Part shown: positions 11,405 through 25,599 of the stretch, piece by piece | Layout: every line of letters starts with the position of its first letter | Numbering within the stretch: the stretch's first letter is position 1 | Assembly (NCBI GenBank): GCA_951406725.2 | Contig: OX597821.1 | Span: 26,660,001-26,724,000 of the forward strand | From: Octopus vulgaris | Lineage: Eukaryota | Length of the DNA stretch: 64,000 nucleotides | Direction of reading: 5' to 3' | Made by a program: the position numbers and the translations under genes | The notes under the pieces: model-generated | Seen by the model: only the letters and a program-made list of their open reading frames with translations | Told to the model about the DNA's origin: nothing | Databases searched by the model: none

Positions 11405-14400
11405 GTTATGTCAGGTCACTTTCGAGTGCTACTGGTAACATGTAACCCAGTACAACCCGTTGCACGGTCGGGCTGTCAGAGACTAAACTGGCAACCCCAC
11501 CAAGCTTGCTAAGTGAGGAGGGTGTTTATTGGACACCCTGCGGGATGAAAAACGAAACCCATTCAAAGGGTGGAGGAACTCTTGAGAGTCAACGGCCATT
11601 CAATATGTGTGTAATTATGTATTTTGGGAGGCGCAATGGCCCAGTGGTTAGGGCAGCGGACTCGTGGTCATAGGATCGCGGTTTCGATTCCCAGACCGGG
11701 CGTTGTGAGTGTTTATTGAGCGAAAACACCTAAAGCTCCACGATGCTCCGGCAGGGGATGGTGGTGATCCCTGCTGTACTCTTTCACCACAACTTTCTCT
11801 CACTCTTACTTCCTGTTTCTGTTGTACCTGTATTTCAAAGGGCCGGCCTTGTCACTCTCTGTGTCACGCTGAATATCCCCGAGAACTACGTTAAGGGTAC
11901 ACGTGTCTGTGGAGTGCTCAGCCACTTACACGTTAATTTCACGAGCAGGCTGTTCCGTTGATTCGGATCAACCGGAACCCTCGTCGTCGTAACCGACGGA
12001 GTGCTTCCAATTATGTATTTACTGTAAATCATAATTTTTTTCACTAATTTTATATATTGTATATTTTTAATAGTTTGCTCATTATATATATTTTTATGCA
12101 TTCCATATCGTATATTTTATGTATATATTGTATATTAATATTTGTTATATATCGTGTTTTTTTCTTTTTTTTAATATCTATTTTATCCAGCTGTATTTTG
12201 CACGGGGACATAGAAATAATCGGACTGAATACCTGGTCGCGCGGGTAAACCATTGGGAGTGAAGGAGCCCTAGCCCTTGTTAGGGCATCCTTTGAGGAGA
12301 AGGCAAGTCGGGTAACTAAGTTAACTCCGGCATAAAACTGCAGCTCAGTAGTTACCGATGATGTTGACTTATTTAGAGGAGAAGTTGGAGTGACTTTAGC
12401 TGTTAAGACTTGTGGACAAGTTGAATGAATTCCCAGTTGAGATTAGCGAGCGTCTTATGTCTATGAGAATTCCTTTGGTTAAAGGAAATTATGTGACGTT
12501 GGTGAGTGTGTATACTCCAACTATGTGCTCTACTGATGACGGAGAAATTTCTTTCTACTATGCTTTGAAGGGCATTATAAGAAATATCCCTCGGGCAGAC
12601 AAAGTCATCGTACTGGGTGACTTTAATGCTAGAGAGGGTAGGGATTTTAACACGTGGACTGTAATTACTATCCCTTCGAAGCAGAGATAGTAAAGAACTT
12701 CTTCGTGATTCACAAGGCATTCTGCGAAGATGGCGAGAACACTTTGATGAACTTTTGAATCAGCAGTCTGTAGTTAGTGAGGATGTTCTCAATCTCATCC
12801 CTGAATTACCTGTGAAGGCAGCTTTCACAGAACCACCAATGTTGCAAGAAGTTGCAGTGGCTGCCTCAAGGATGAATAATGGGAGGTCTCCGGTTTATGG
12901 ATGGCATACATGCGGAGTGGTTGCTGCATGGCGGTGAGAAACTTCTGCAGCAACCTCACTCCTTGTTTGGTAGGATATGGATTAGTGAATCTGTACCTGA
13001 GGACTTGAGATATACAGTAATAGTGGTCTTATATAAGGGAAAGAGCAACAGAAATGATTGTAGTAACTATAGGGGAATATCACTGCTTTCTGTCGTAAGA
13101 GAGGTTTTATGCAGAGTACTTCTGGATCGTCTGCTGAAACACGTTGCAGATTGTGTTCTTCCAGAAAGTCAATCTGGCTTTCATATGGGACGCGGCACTG
13201 CTGATGTGATCTTCTGAGCCAGACAGCTTCAGAAGAAGTGTGTGGAACAGGGTCTGGATTTATATCAGGTTTTTGTCGATCTGACAAAAGCCTTTGATAC
13301 CGTTACTAGAAATGCACTGTGAAAAGTCCTCCAGAAACTTGGGTGTCCCGAAAAGTTCATGCTTTGGTTAGGTCTTCTCATGAAGACGTGAAGGGTAGGG
13401 TTAATATTAGAGGTAAAATGGCGGAGCCCATCTCAATACAAAATGGAGCGAAACAGGGGAGTATTCTGGCTCCGACCCTATTTGCCATATATTTTGCGAT
13501 GGTTTTGTGTATTGCATTCAGAAACTGTAGATATGGTATTTATATCCATTATCGAACTTCTGGCAGCATATTTAATATCAGGTGCTTTGCTGCAAAAACA
13601 AAGATATTTACCTCTATCATAAGAGACCTTTTGTATGCAGATGATTGTGATCTAGTAGCGCTCACAGAGATTGATATGCAACACAGTTTGAATGCATCCT
13701 CTGATGTTTGCATGCCTTAGGATTGACAGTCAGTTTCAAGAAAACTGTTGTCATGTACCAACCTGCTCCTGGTAAGCAGTATAGTGAACTAAATATCTAC
13801 GTGTATGGTAAATGACTTGGTATAGTTGATCAGTTTGTCCACCTGGGAAGCACTGTTAATAGATATAGCAATTTGGATACTGAAATTCCATACAGAATTA
13901 GGAAAGCAAGTGATGCTTTCGAAAGGCTAGAAAGACGCCTCTGGAATCGGCGAGACATATGCAGGAAGACAAAGATAAAGGTGGAGAAGGCGTGTGTGCT
14001 CTCTTCTCTTCTTTATGCCTGCGAGACGTGGGTCACATATCGATACCACCTTAAACTACTGAAACGTTTCAATCAGATGTGTCTCAGTCGGATCTATGGT
14101 ATTAAGTGGGAGGACGCATCAGTAATCTTGAGATATTGGAAAGCTCTCGTTGTGAAAGTATAGAAGCACTTGCATTGAGGCAAAGGCTCAGATGGAGTGG
14201 TCATCTGGTCAGGATGAAGGATTCAAGGATGCCAAATCAAGTCTTTCATGGAGAACGACCTCCACATGACCCCAAAAAGAGGTATAAAGACTTGCTGAAG
14301 GCTTCCTTGAGAGATGCTAGCATCTCTCCTGCCACATGGGAGGGCATAGCTATTGACCGTAGCAGGTGAAGAAGGGGACAGTTACTTTTGAGAAATCTCA
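11405..14400 (+). mobile_element. Decayed RTE LINE (5' UTR, APE, RT), interrupted by a SINE
   Basis: VIVLGDFNAR (APE); NYRGISLLSVV, LPESQSGF, FVDLTKAFDTV, KQGSILAP, LLYADD, RLRWSGHLVRM; many frameshifts and stops. Confidence 0.9.
11626..12008 (+). mobile_element. tRNA-derived SINE (family C, tail type 1) with 12-bp TSD
   Basis: Head GGCGCAATGGCCCAGTGGTTAGGG...GGTTTCGATTCC; TSD AATTATGTATTT at 11613-11624 and 12009-12020. Confidence 0.9.
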
Positions 14401-14789
14401 AGTTATGTTACCCAAACTCTATTCCCATATCCCATGAGAATGTTGTGACTCGTTCTAATTGTCTCTTGATGTTGGTCATATTACCTGAATGTAATTTTAG
14501 GTCATCAACGAAAAAAATGTATGAGTGATATAATTGTTTTCTGCTTATCCCAGTTTGTAGCCTTTGTATTTTGTTATCAGAGCTGGCAAGGAATTCATTA
14601 CAGATAAACTATCAGCCTGCAATATGATAGTTGATAGCGTAATTCTGTTTGTAAAGACAGATGTTGCTTTAGTGGTTGCCGTCAGTTTTTCAATGGCTTT
14701 CACTATAGCAACTACTAGAGCAGAAAAGAATATTTACAATCAGCAGTCAAATGTGAAGTTGAGCTCTTAATAGAATAAGTATATACTTT

Positions 14790-14961
14790 TTTCCTCTTCT
14801 CCTTGTTTCAGTCCTTTGACTGCGGCCATGCTGGAGCACCACCTTTAGTCGAACAAATCGACCCCAGAACTTATTCTTCGTAGGCCGAGTACTTATTCTA
14901 TCGATCTCTTTTGCCGAACTGCTAACACACCAGCATCGGTTGTCAAGCGATGGTGGGAGGG

Positions 14962-14965
<4 letters not shown>
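14790..14965 (-). mobile_element. Family A SINE 3' half
   Basis: Matches family A 3' region. Confidence 0.8.
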
Positions 14966-15011
<46 letters not shown>

Positions 15012-15052
15012 ACGCACACATACACACACACGCACAGTATATATATATATAT

Positions 15053-15358
15053 ATATCACGTGATCACGTGACCGACCAGACCATCAGATGTTGCTACACA
15101 TCGCTGGTCACAATGCGCTTCGCATTGTTTTATCCTTCGAATGACGCCACCCTGCTGGTTAAGCGAGCAGGCCAACAGAAGAAAGAGTGAGAGAAAGAGT
15201 AGCAAAAGAATACATCAGGGATCGTCACCCCCTGCCGGAGCCTCGTGAAGCTTTTAGGTGTTTTCGCTCAATAAACACTCACAACGCCTGGTCTGGGAAT
15301 TGAAACCGCGATCCAACGACCGCGAGTCCACTGCCCTAACCACTGGGCCATTTGCGCC
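15053..15358 (-). mobile_element. Family C SINE, tail type 2
   Basis: Same head as 11626; tail ...GGTCGGTCACGTGATCACGTG; homologous to 35130-35436 and 49930-50236. Confidence 0.85.
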
Positions 15359-15699
15359 TGATATGTTGATTTTTTTACAATGTGGGTGCTTCTATGAAAT
15401 AATTCAAGCTGCATGAAATAGCAGCAAATCTTTCCTCAAATCACAGACAACGTTCTTAAAAAGTAGAGGTGAAAATAAATGAAAACACGTACACAAGAAG
15501 ACGAGTTGGTGATGACTCGTATGTCTTTGAAATTTAACTCTGCTCTATCAGATCTGATAACAAGAAAGAAAATACACGTCCGTCTAATATTCAAAAGTAA
15601 AAATAAAAACAAAACACTGGAATTGTCATGAAAAGGAATATTGTGTAACTGATAAGCTGACATCAATGCGATGTTAAAATACCTCTAAAAAATATCAAC

Positions 15700-15739
15700 G
15701 TCGTCATCATCATCATCATCATCATCGTCATCATCATCG

Positions 15740-15824
<85 letters not shown>

Positions 15825-15845
15825 CATCATCTCCAACAACAACAA
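15700..15845. repeat. (CAT)n trinucleotide microsatellite
   Basis: Direct inspection. Confidence 0.95.
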
Positions 15846-15849
15846 CAGT

Positions 15850-16220
15850 GGCGGCGCAATGGCCCAATGGTTAGGGCAGCGGACACGCGGAGGATCGCGG
15901 TTTCGATTCTCAAACCGGGCGTTGTGTGTTTATTGAGCGAAAACACTTAAAGCTCTACGATGTTCCGGCAGCGGGTGGTGGCGACCCCTGTTGTACTCTT
16001 TCGCCCCAACTTTCTCTCACTCTTTCTTCCTGTTTCTTGTCCCCGACTTCCTACGCAACCGCTGAGCCTGGATGCGCATTCATCCATCCGTCGATGCTCT
16101 CGGTGTCGGGGATAGACCTGCTTTCTCTTCTGCGGGTCTTACGAATAGCAAAGGACCACATTTCGCACTTCTTCCACTACTGGGACGAAGACCGCTTCGC
16201 TCAACAGCAACAACAACAAA
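15850..16220 (+). mobile_element. Family C SINE, tail type 3
   Basis: Same head and middle as 11626, distinct GC-rich tail ending in (CAA)n. Confidence 0.8.
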
Positions 16221-16419
16221 CTTGTCCTACATAGATTTGCAAAGATTCTGGTTTATATTAGTGTTTGACAAGAAATTATAATACTAATCGTATTATACTA
16301 AAATATACGCATGCACGGGCGCACACACATTTGCATGTGTAAGTGCGTGAGTGTGTTTGTGTGTATGAGCGTGTGTTATTGTGTGTGAATGTATTTGTGC
16401 ATGTGAGCATGCACATATA

Positions 16420-16469
<50 letters not shown>

Positions 16470-16473
<4 letters not shown>

Positions 16474-17070
16474 CTTGATCAACTTGACCGACACCGCTGG
16501 CCACAGCACGATGTTCACTCCTCTCTGGATCGCGCCTTTCTCATCCACGTGATCCCAATCGCCCTCCTGAAATCGTAGCTCCACCGTCGTGGGGGCCTTC
16601 CGAGTGGTCGTTTCCGTTCGCGCGGGTACCACTCGACAACTGCGCGGGTCCACCGATTATCGGTGACCCCGCGACGTGTCCAGCCCATCTAAACTTGCTG
16701 CGTGTATATTCTACGGTGACATCCCTCACGCCGGACTTCTCTCTGATGACCTCGCTACTGATGTGCTCTCTCAACGAGATTCCAAGCATTGACCTCTCAA
16801 TGGCTCTTTCAGCCGTTACCAATCTCTGTTCTCTCTTTGTTGTAGCTCATGTTTCACTACCATATAACATTGCAGGTAGAACTGTGCTATGGCGCGGGTG
16901 GTCCTGTCCAACCTTCCCTTGAGCACATCCCTTATGCCATTAAACGCATTCCACCCGGCCCTTACTCTCTGTGAGATCTCCTTTTCGATATCTCGGCACA
17001 TATTCACTTCCTGTCCCAGGTAGACATATTCCTTTACCTCCTCTATTTCATCACTGCCGATCACCATTCG
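16470..17070 (-). pseudogene. RTE LINE 3' fragment (RT C-terminus)
   Basis: IEEVKEYVYLGQ; RSMLGISLREHISSEVIR...KFRWAGHVA; RPLGRPPRRW. Confidence 0.85.
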
Positions 17071-17084
17071 ACCTGTTTGTACGT

Positions 17085-18740
17085 TGTCTTAACTTAGATT
17101 ACCAAGGTTCTCCGGAAAATAACCGAGTTGTGAGTGAAGGAAGTGCACCCAAGATTTTGAAATTTTGCAACACGGTATCAACTATGAATTTGTAATTTGA
17201 ACACTTATTGCTTCCGATAAAGTTCTCGACAATACACTCGAAGCTCACCCATTCTTGTTTTTGAGATTTATTCATGGATTTCTCATAATCTGGGTCTTTC
17301 ATTAGTTTACGAATATCAGGACCAACAAATATTCCTGCTTTAATTTTTTCACTGGTTATGTTTGGGAATTTTGTTGAGAGACTTAACGAACTGTTTCACG
17401 AAACCCAGTTTGATGTGCAAAGGTGGTAGCAATACTTTTGTTGGTTCAATCAAGGGCTCGTGCAGAATGTTTTTGGATCCAGGTAACAAACGTCTCCTTT
17501 GTAGCCCGTTTTTACCAACCATCCAGTGATTTTCTTTAGCTCTGCTATCCCATCCACATGAGACACATGGCATTTTCCTGTAGCCTATCTGCTGGCCTAA
17601 AAGCATACCTATAATTTTGAAATCTCCACACACTTGCCAGTGGTATTTTTCAAACTCTGTATTTAACAAAGTGTTTTTTTTTTTTTACATTTTCATACGT
17701 CTCCTTTAGTTGTACAGAACGTACCATTGGAGTGGATGAAACCCTATTTCCATTATGTAGCAAGAAAATCTTCAAACTCCCTTTTGTCAGAAACCTTTGC
17801 ATATTTAGTCTCGAAATAAGTTTCAGTGTATCCTTTGATAGGTTCAAATCTCTCACCAAATCATTGAGTTCTTCCTGTGTAAGTGCGAACTTTCGATTTC
17901 GTCAGGAGTGTAGTCATCACCTTTTTTCATGTTTGTCTTCTTCATCACAAGTGAGGGAGGGAAGCAGGAAGAGGAACTGGAATGTCAGATTCATATGCAA
18001 TAGGACGTATAGCCTAGGTATTGCTATAATATACCATCTTAAGTTTATTTTTTGCACTTTACTCATCAACTTTAGTAATGCAGAAATAACAATCGTCAAC
18101 GTACTTACTCGGCTCTCGCCCCACCAATGGCATTCCAAAGGGAATTTCTTTTTATTTCCAGAGTCGTTCCAGAGTCTCAGCCCCTCCACACAAGTACAAC
18201 ATGCTTTGTGGGGAGTCCAAGGTTTGTCTTCATCACCGAGTTTAATACAAAAATAAGGCTGGTGTAGATATTTTTTACAAGATCAGTTATATTTTGTCTC
18301 TGTTTAATGACAACATACCTGCCACAAATGTAGCAGAATATGTCTGGATTGTTCATTCACTTTAATCTATACGCACTCATTTTAAATATCACCAACAACT
18401 GGACTCTGGAACTTCTAAAACAGCACTAAAAGCATCAGTTAGCAACCGTGTACGCAGCTTTTGAAGGTCACATCGTCTGTCCGAGTTGTTAACGACTATT
18501 TAATAAGCTTTATATTGGCTGCTATTTTGTCATTACTAATACTAGGTCAGCACTGGTTTAAAGCAAACTATTTTCTTGAGCAAAATAAATCAGATAATCA
18601 CTGTCATCTGATGTTCTGATTCAATAATACTAAAGAAAAAAAGCTTTATTACAGAAAAACTAGACGTGATGGAGAAAAACTAATAAGAAATTTGAAATCA
18701 ATGTAACAATTGATTTAGAATGTATTGTTGACATTTAAAC
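17085..18740 (-). mobile_element. Decayed Chapaev3-like (CMC) DNA transposon
   Basis: NNPDIFCYICG, LGDEDKPW, DDCYFC, WQVCGDFK, VLLPPLHIKLGFVKQFVK, GIFVGPDIRKLMKD; family assignment from recall of these motifs. Confidence 0.7.
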
Positions 18741-19191
18741 ATAGAAAATCATAGAAAACATGGAAAATATAATTATAGCAAGTTTATTAATAAATATATT
18801 TTGTCAATAGAAATTGAAATCTCTTAAAAACCGTGTATTATCAAAGGGAGGTAACTATAAAGTTTGAGCCTGATGTAAGGGACATAACTTAGCAGTCATT
18901 GTATTGCAACAGTGTTAAATAAATCGAAAACGAAGTCCGTTGTTGCTGCCGCTTTCATCATGAAATCGCAACTTCAAATAGTCGTTTCTTCAACTATATA
19001 TCTGCAAAACCCTGATATTTCTTTTCTGTCATCTTAGCTGACGTTTGGCTAACAGAATTTCAATACCTTATATTTCCATAGCATTAACAGATAGGAAACG
19101 TACACATTCTTGTTGTAGCTCGGCAGAGTCATTCTCTCAATAAAGAATAGACACACTGGTTCTATTTTACTACTTTTATTATCATTAGTCA

Positions 19192-19498
19192 GCAGGAGTG
19201 AGTGTATGGTAAGTAGGTTGCTAACTAACCACACGGTTCCCGGTCCAGTCCCAATGCTTGGCAGCTTGGGTAAGTGTCTTCTTTTCTAGCCTCGGGCCGA
19301 CCAAAGTCCTGTGAATGGAAATGGTAGACGGAAACAGAAAGAAGCCTGTTGTGTGTATATATATATATATATGAAGGGTGTATGAAAAATCTTGAACATC
19401 AAAAAAACAAGACTTCAAGGCTCAAAGGCCTTGAAGGCTCAAAACTTTTCATACACCCCTCGTATATATGTGTGAGTGTGTGTGTGCGTGTGTGTGTG

Positions 19499-19531
<33 letters not shown>

Positions 19532-19750
19532 ATGTTTGTGTCTGTATGCTTGTCCCCACAACTTCACTTGTTAACCGATGCTGGTGTGTTTACGTCCTCG
19601 TAACTTAGCTGTTCGGTAAAGAGACCGATAAAATAAGTACTAGGCTTACAAATAATAAGTCCTGGGTTGATTGGCTCGACTAAAGGTGGTGCCTCAGCAT
19701 GGCCGCAGTCAAATGACTGAAAGAAGTAAAAGAATAACAGAATAAAAGAA
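19192..19750 (+). mobile_element. Family A SINE with a MITE inserted in its internal microsatellite
   Basis: Head and 3' half of family A flank a (TA)n/(TG)n tract. Confidence 0.85.
19371..19464. mobile_element. Tiny Tc1/mariner-type MITE
   Basis: Imperfect TIRs TATGAAGGGTGTATGAAAA / TTTTCATACACCCCTCGTA at TA sites. Confidence 0.6.
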
Positions 19751-19778
19751 TATACATACATACATACACATACATATA

Positions 19779-19825
<47 letters not shown>

Positions 19826-19879
19826 ATATATATATGTGTGTGAGTGTTTATATGTGTGTGTTTTTATATATATATATAT

Positions 19880-19934
<55 letters not shown>

Positions 19935-20116
19935 GTACATATATGTATGTATGCATGCATGTATATATGTATGCATGTATTATGTTTATTTTAGTAGTTT
20001 TGACCGCATTGGTCCCTCTTAGCGAGTGGTATCTACGAATAGTAGTACCCTCAATATAATATATATATATATATATAAATCTCAGAGCGAGTTATAAACA
20101 GTAGCGGTAACACATC

Positions 20117-20756
<640 letters not shown>

Positions 20757-20929
20757 TGCTGTTTTTTCTATAAACAAGAATCTATACTCTTATTAGAATC
20801 TAACATTTAGATTCATCGGTCCGTACTATCATTACCAAAAGTTGTACTGAGCAAGGTCGAACACAGCAGCATCTCAAAGTATACTTATACAAGTTAATTA
20901 CGTGTGCTATGAATACACATCGTCTAAAA

Positions 20930-21750
20930 CATAGCTTCCCAAAGTAGGCGATTTCAACTTACAGGTGGGCGATTGGGCAAATTCCTAGAAAATGGTGGGT
21001 GATATGAGAATTTTGTGGGCGATGTGAACATTTTATGGGTGACAAAGTATTTTTCGAAATCAAGTCTGCATTTACCTATAATCAAGTCTGCATTTACCCC
21101 AATCTTTGGAATTCTGTGAATTCCTACCCCAATCTGTGGAAACGTCTGAAACTACTCTTGCTTGCCTTCCCTATCTCGTACCTGGTTGCATCTGGTTTTA
21201 GCCATGCTGGAACTATACTTTTCCATAAAAGAATTGGACTGGATGTAACACAACGAGGTGACTTACGGCTAATGTTGACACGTTTAAAATCAAATGTATC
21301 TACCCTAGCTGCATCACATCAGACACATGGTTCTCATTAAAAATTTGTGTTCTTTTCCTTTATAATACAATCATTAATTATTTTTGCATCGGTAGTTCTG
21401 GTCAATGGTTCATTTGGGGAAAATAAAAATCAGTGTAAAAGAAAGCGCAAGTTTACCAAAGTTAATCTGTCTGCATAATATAGAATTAACGTTAGAATTT
21501 TATTCACACCAATGGCAAAACTAAACCTACAATAAGGGATTTGTAAACAACCGCATATTTAGACCAAACAGTACTAATCGGGCAACGCGCCTAAGATACA
21601 GTGTGTGTCGAATGATAGAGGGTGGAGATTTCCTAGGAGATTTAATATTAGGGAGGGTTGTGTCAGGGTTTTAAAATAGGTGGGTGATGGGCATTTTTTG
21701 GCCGATAGGTGGGCGATATTGCAATTTGGCGCGAAAAGTTTGGGACTGTA
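20930..21750 (+). mobile_element. Internally deleted hAT (Buster/Charlie-like) transposon
   Basis: ORF 21035-21340 encodes the hAT dimerization C-terminus (FPISYLVASGFS...GDLRLMLTRL...HQTHGSH); subterminal GTGGGCGAT repeats. Confidence 0.75.
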
Positions 21751-22273
21751 ACATTTTTAGACTCTAAAAAGTAGGAAATTGTTTTCAGGATAAACTATCA
21801 CAGTTACAGAAGGGGCATAACTCTGAAGCTTATTAGCAAGCTCTATGGGACATAACTCAGATTTAACAGCTTTAGATTTAACCACGTTACGTTCAAAGCA
21901 TTTTAGATTAATTCTAAGAATGCCTGCTCGAATAATAGCCCCAAAATATTAGTCTTAGTTTCAAATAGTCACAACTACAACATTCCTCTCTATCCTGTTT
22001 TTAACTGTTAGTTGGGGAACTGGATGCTTTAAATACTCAATATATTGCTACGAAAGTAACTATGAGATACTGATAATAAAACGTCGAAAGTGTTACAGTA
22101 TAAAATTCATAATTGAATATCTAAATAAGTTAATGACTGAATATGTCCATTAAACAACGAATGAATAAGTGAAATATTGTATTTATGTTTATACTTTGAG
22201 TTGCATTTATTGTCGATAGTATCGGTATTACTGACAACGTTTCTATATGGCATAGAAGCGCAGCACACGCACG

Positions 22274-22351
<78 letters not shown>

Positions 22352-23091
22352 GAGGCACACAAACACACACACAAACACACACACACACACACACATACAC
22401 ATACACACAGGCACGCAAACATAAAACAAGCAAACTCACGCAAATGCACACATACATATACTCACATATACACATGCGTTCGCGTGCGCACTGTTTCACG
22501 CACACAGACACACACAAACACAGTGTTTACTACTCTGTTATCGTAAATACTCCATTCAGTGAGAAATTATTATAATCCAATGTACACAACAAAATGATAC
22601 ATGCTAATAATATTTCCTTGCTTTGGAGACATATGCATAGTGTACAGGCAAGATTTTGATAACACGCCTTGTGTCTGAAAGCAATCTTCTGGCTGTGAGT
22701 AAATGATCTATTCTATTTGCAAATAAGGATGCTCGTATAAGACAAATCACGAGAAAAAATGAGAAGAAGGTTGATGCAGAAAGTGGAAGGAATATTATTA
22801 AAAACTGCAAAAGAAAGAAAAAAACAATAGAGTTATGTTCCCCTTAAATTTGAAGCCATAGTTAAGCTAATTGTAGAATAATTCTATGGAGAGATGGTTT
22901 TCTGAAGTTCACCAAAACATATTTGTCATATGCTTGCATATTCTGAAACTTTCGTGTTTGGAATTCTGTAGAGCAGTTGAATTCGTTGATCTAAAAAGAA
23001 TATGTGATCACAATTGCAGCGTGGAAGGTGTTTGTAAGCCATTTAAGAAACACACAAAAGCCGTTCGATTCACTTCAACATTTAAGTTTAA

Positions 23092-23142
23092 TTTGTCAAA
23101 ATATTTTCGTCGCTATAAGACAGCGACCTGTTCACTGACAAA
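23092..23142 (-). ncRNA. Minimal hammerhead ribozyme, G3-C8 variant
   Basis: TTTGTCA-GTGAACA-G-GTCGCT gtcttat AGCGAC-GAAA-ATAT-TT-TGACAAA. Confidence 0.6.
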
Positions 23143-23165
23143 AATCCGTGCTGCATCCACAGATT

Positions 23166-23215
23166 TTTGTCAGTGAACAGGTCGCGGATTTTAGCGACGA
23201 AAATATTTTGACAAA
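23166..23215 (+). ncRNA. Minimal hammerhead ribozyme, G3-C8 variant
   Basis: TTTGTCA-GTGAACA-G-GTCGC ggatttta GCGAC-GAAA-ATAT-TT-TGACAAA. Confidence 0.6.
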
Positions 23216-23594
23216 TTAAACTTAAATGTTGAAGTGAATTGAACGGCTTTTGTGTGTTTCTTAAATGGCTTACAAACACCTTCCACGCTGCAATTGTTTT
23301 CGTTCCAGCACACGATCTCAGATCAAATCACTTGCTATGCGAGTACATCTCCGAATATGTGATCTTTCAGCTGAATAAATTTGAGTTTCTTAGATCCATT
23401 TACATATGGAATATATTTCTTTGTGATTCTCCACGTGATTGCGTGTGGTGTGCAGTTGCTGGCTACCGACGTATGGAGTTTGAAGACCCACACATACATA
23501 CATACATACATACATACATACATACATACATACATACATACATACATACACACACACATACATACATACACACACACACACATACATACATACA

Positions 23595-23620
<26 letters not shown>

Positions 23621-23627
<7 letters not shown>

Positions 23628-25104
23628 GACAGAAGTAAATAGACACACCATAAAACATAATTTTATGTTGATTTAACTTAAAAACATTTATATTTTTTAT
23701 TAATTAACATTTTTATGTTTCAGGTTCTATGTGTAACTGTTTAATCATGCTATGTACAAAAGAAGCCTTGGAACTGTCCGAATTTCGAAGAGGCCGTATT
23801 GTGGATCAATCTGAAGGTGGACGGAGCGTAAAAAAGCATAAAACCTTGGGATCCCGCTTTCTACAGTTAATAGAGTGATTGTACAATTCACCAGAAAGGG
23901 AAAGGAGTCCACATCACCTCGCCCACGACGACCAGGGCACTCTGACAGGACCTTTCACTTTGTTAAGAGAAGTGACGGCGAGCTGGCAGAATCGTTAGCA
24001 CGCCGGGCGAAATGCTTAGCAGCTTTTCGTCTGCCGCAACGTTCTGTGTTCAAATTTTCGCCGAGGTCGACTTTGCCTTTCATCCTTTCGGGTCGATTAA
24101 CTAAGTACCAGTGACGTACTGGGGTCGATATAATCGACTTAATCTGTTTGTCTGTCCTTGTTTGTCTCCTCTGTGTTTAGCCCCTTGTGGGCAGTAACAA
24201 AATAATAATAAGAGAAGTGTGGAGGATAAACCTCGTTGCAAGGCCTCTGACATAGCAGAACAAGTTGATGTCAGTCCCAGAACAGCTGTCAGGTATCTCT
24301 ACAAGCTTGGCTACTATGGCAGAGCAGCAAGAAGGAATCCACTTCTTCGACGAGCCAATATCAATGCGGATAAAAGATTGGTGGTGGTGGGGGCAGTGAG
24401 ATGGTAGAGAGGCTACTAATATTTTTTGGGACACTGTCATATTTTCTGATGAGCCCAGATTTGCTGTATTTTCTGACCATTGTTGAGTGTGGGTCAAGAA
24501 ATTCTGTGATCAAGTATTTGACGTGAAAAGATTGCTTCCAACAACGAAACACGGCAGCTACTCTGTGATAGTCTGAGGAGCTATTTGGAGCAATGGTCAA
24601 TTAGGGCTGGTGAAGTGTGAGGGTAACACAAACTCAGATAAATATGTGTCCCTATTGCAGAAAGGATCACTTCCTATCTTCTCCAGTGGTGAAATGATTT
24701 AAGAAGACTCTTTATTTATGGAAGATGGGGCTCCTTGTCACACGGCTGAAAAGACCCAAGAATGGTTTGAAGAGAATGGCATTAAAAAGCTTCCATGGGC
24801 AAGCCAGTCACCAGATAATAATCCTATTGAATACCTCTGGGGCATAATGGACGGGACAAGTCGTTAAAAGAACAAGAAATCATCCTCAAAGCCAGATCTT
24901 TTGAAATTACTGCACGAAACTTGGCAAGAAATTCCTTAAGAAAATATTTGGCATCTGAGCATCTTGATAGGGTCCTTGCACTGAAAAATGCAAAGAGCAT
25001 AGATATTCACATTATAATAATGAGTAAATAATTTGAATGTATAATTTCAGATTTAAATGAATTTTAACGATTATAAGGGTATCTATTTACTTCTATCATA
25101 TCTG
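23621..25104 (+). mobile_element. Full-length decayed Tc1 (DD34E) transposon
   Basis: 26-bp TIRs CA(T/G)ATATGA(C/T)AGAAGTAAATAGA(C/T)AC; transposase motifs VIFSDE, FMEDGAPCHT, WASQSPDNNPIEYLW. Confidence 0.9.
23975..24208 (+). mobile_element. Family B SINE inserted in the Tc1 transposase, 11-bp TSD
   Basis: TSD TAAGAGAAGTG at 23964-23974 and 24209-24219. Confidence 0.9.
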
Positions 25105-25330
25105 TGCACACGCGTATGTCTAAACATGCAATCATATGCATAAAAATACATACATAAAACAAAACATACAAATCTGCACATGCACTGACTCAAAAAACTG
25201 CACATATACATGAATACATGGAAAAAAACACCCTGTTGATGTTGCTGAAAACCCAATGAAGAAGGCTTGGATCTACATTAGAAGACTCTCTATGGGCAAA
25301 AAATATTGAAATAAAACTGAACAATGACTT
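25105..25330 (+). mobile_element. 3' UTR of R4/Dong-like element abutting (TATG)n
   Basis: CCCTGTTGATGTTG...TTGGATCTA...GAAATAAAACTGAA is shared with 47340-47440. Confidence 0.65.
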
Positions 25331-25599
25331 ATGTATGTATGTATGTATGTATGTATGTATGTATGTATGTATGTATGTATGTATGTATGTATGTATATAT
25401 ATATATATATATATATATGAAAAATAGATTTATTTTATTTTTAGTATATTTGTTATTTTACTTTTTATTCGGAAGTCCTGCGGCGACGGGAAGGTGGGGA
25501 AGCATGCAGACCTGACGGTTTGGAAGCATGTAGTCAGGGACCTGCACGTAGGCGGCCATTTTGCCAGTTTAGCCAATAAAAACACACGCACTATCTATT

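Larger units (their letters stand above)
23010..23353. mobile_element. Palindromic element carrying two opposed hammerhead motifs
   Basis: Inverted arms at about 23010-23147 and 23161-23297; same family as 5622-5891. Confidence 0.8.

Noticed and set aside
12533-12560. CTGATGA..GAAA in RTE (also CTGATGA at ~24447 in Tc1)
   Set aside because: These are codon sequences (TDDGE; SDE) without stems.
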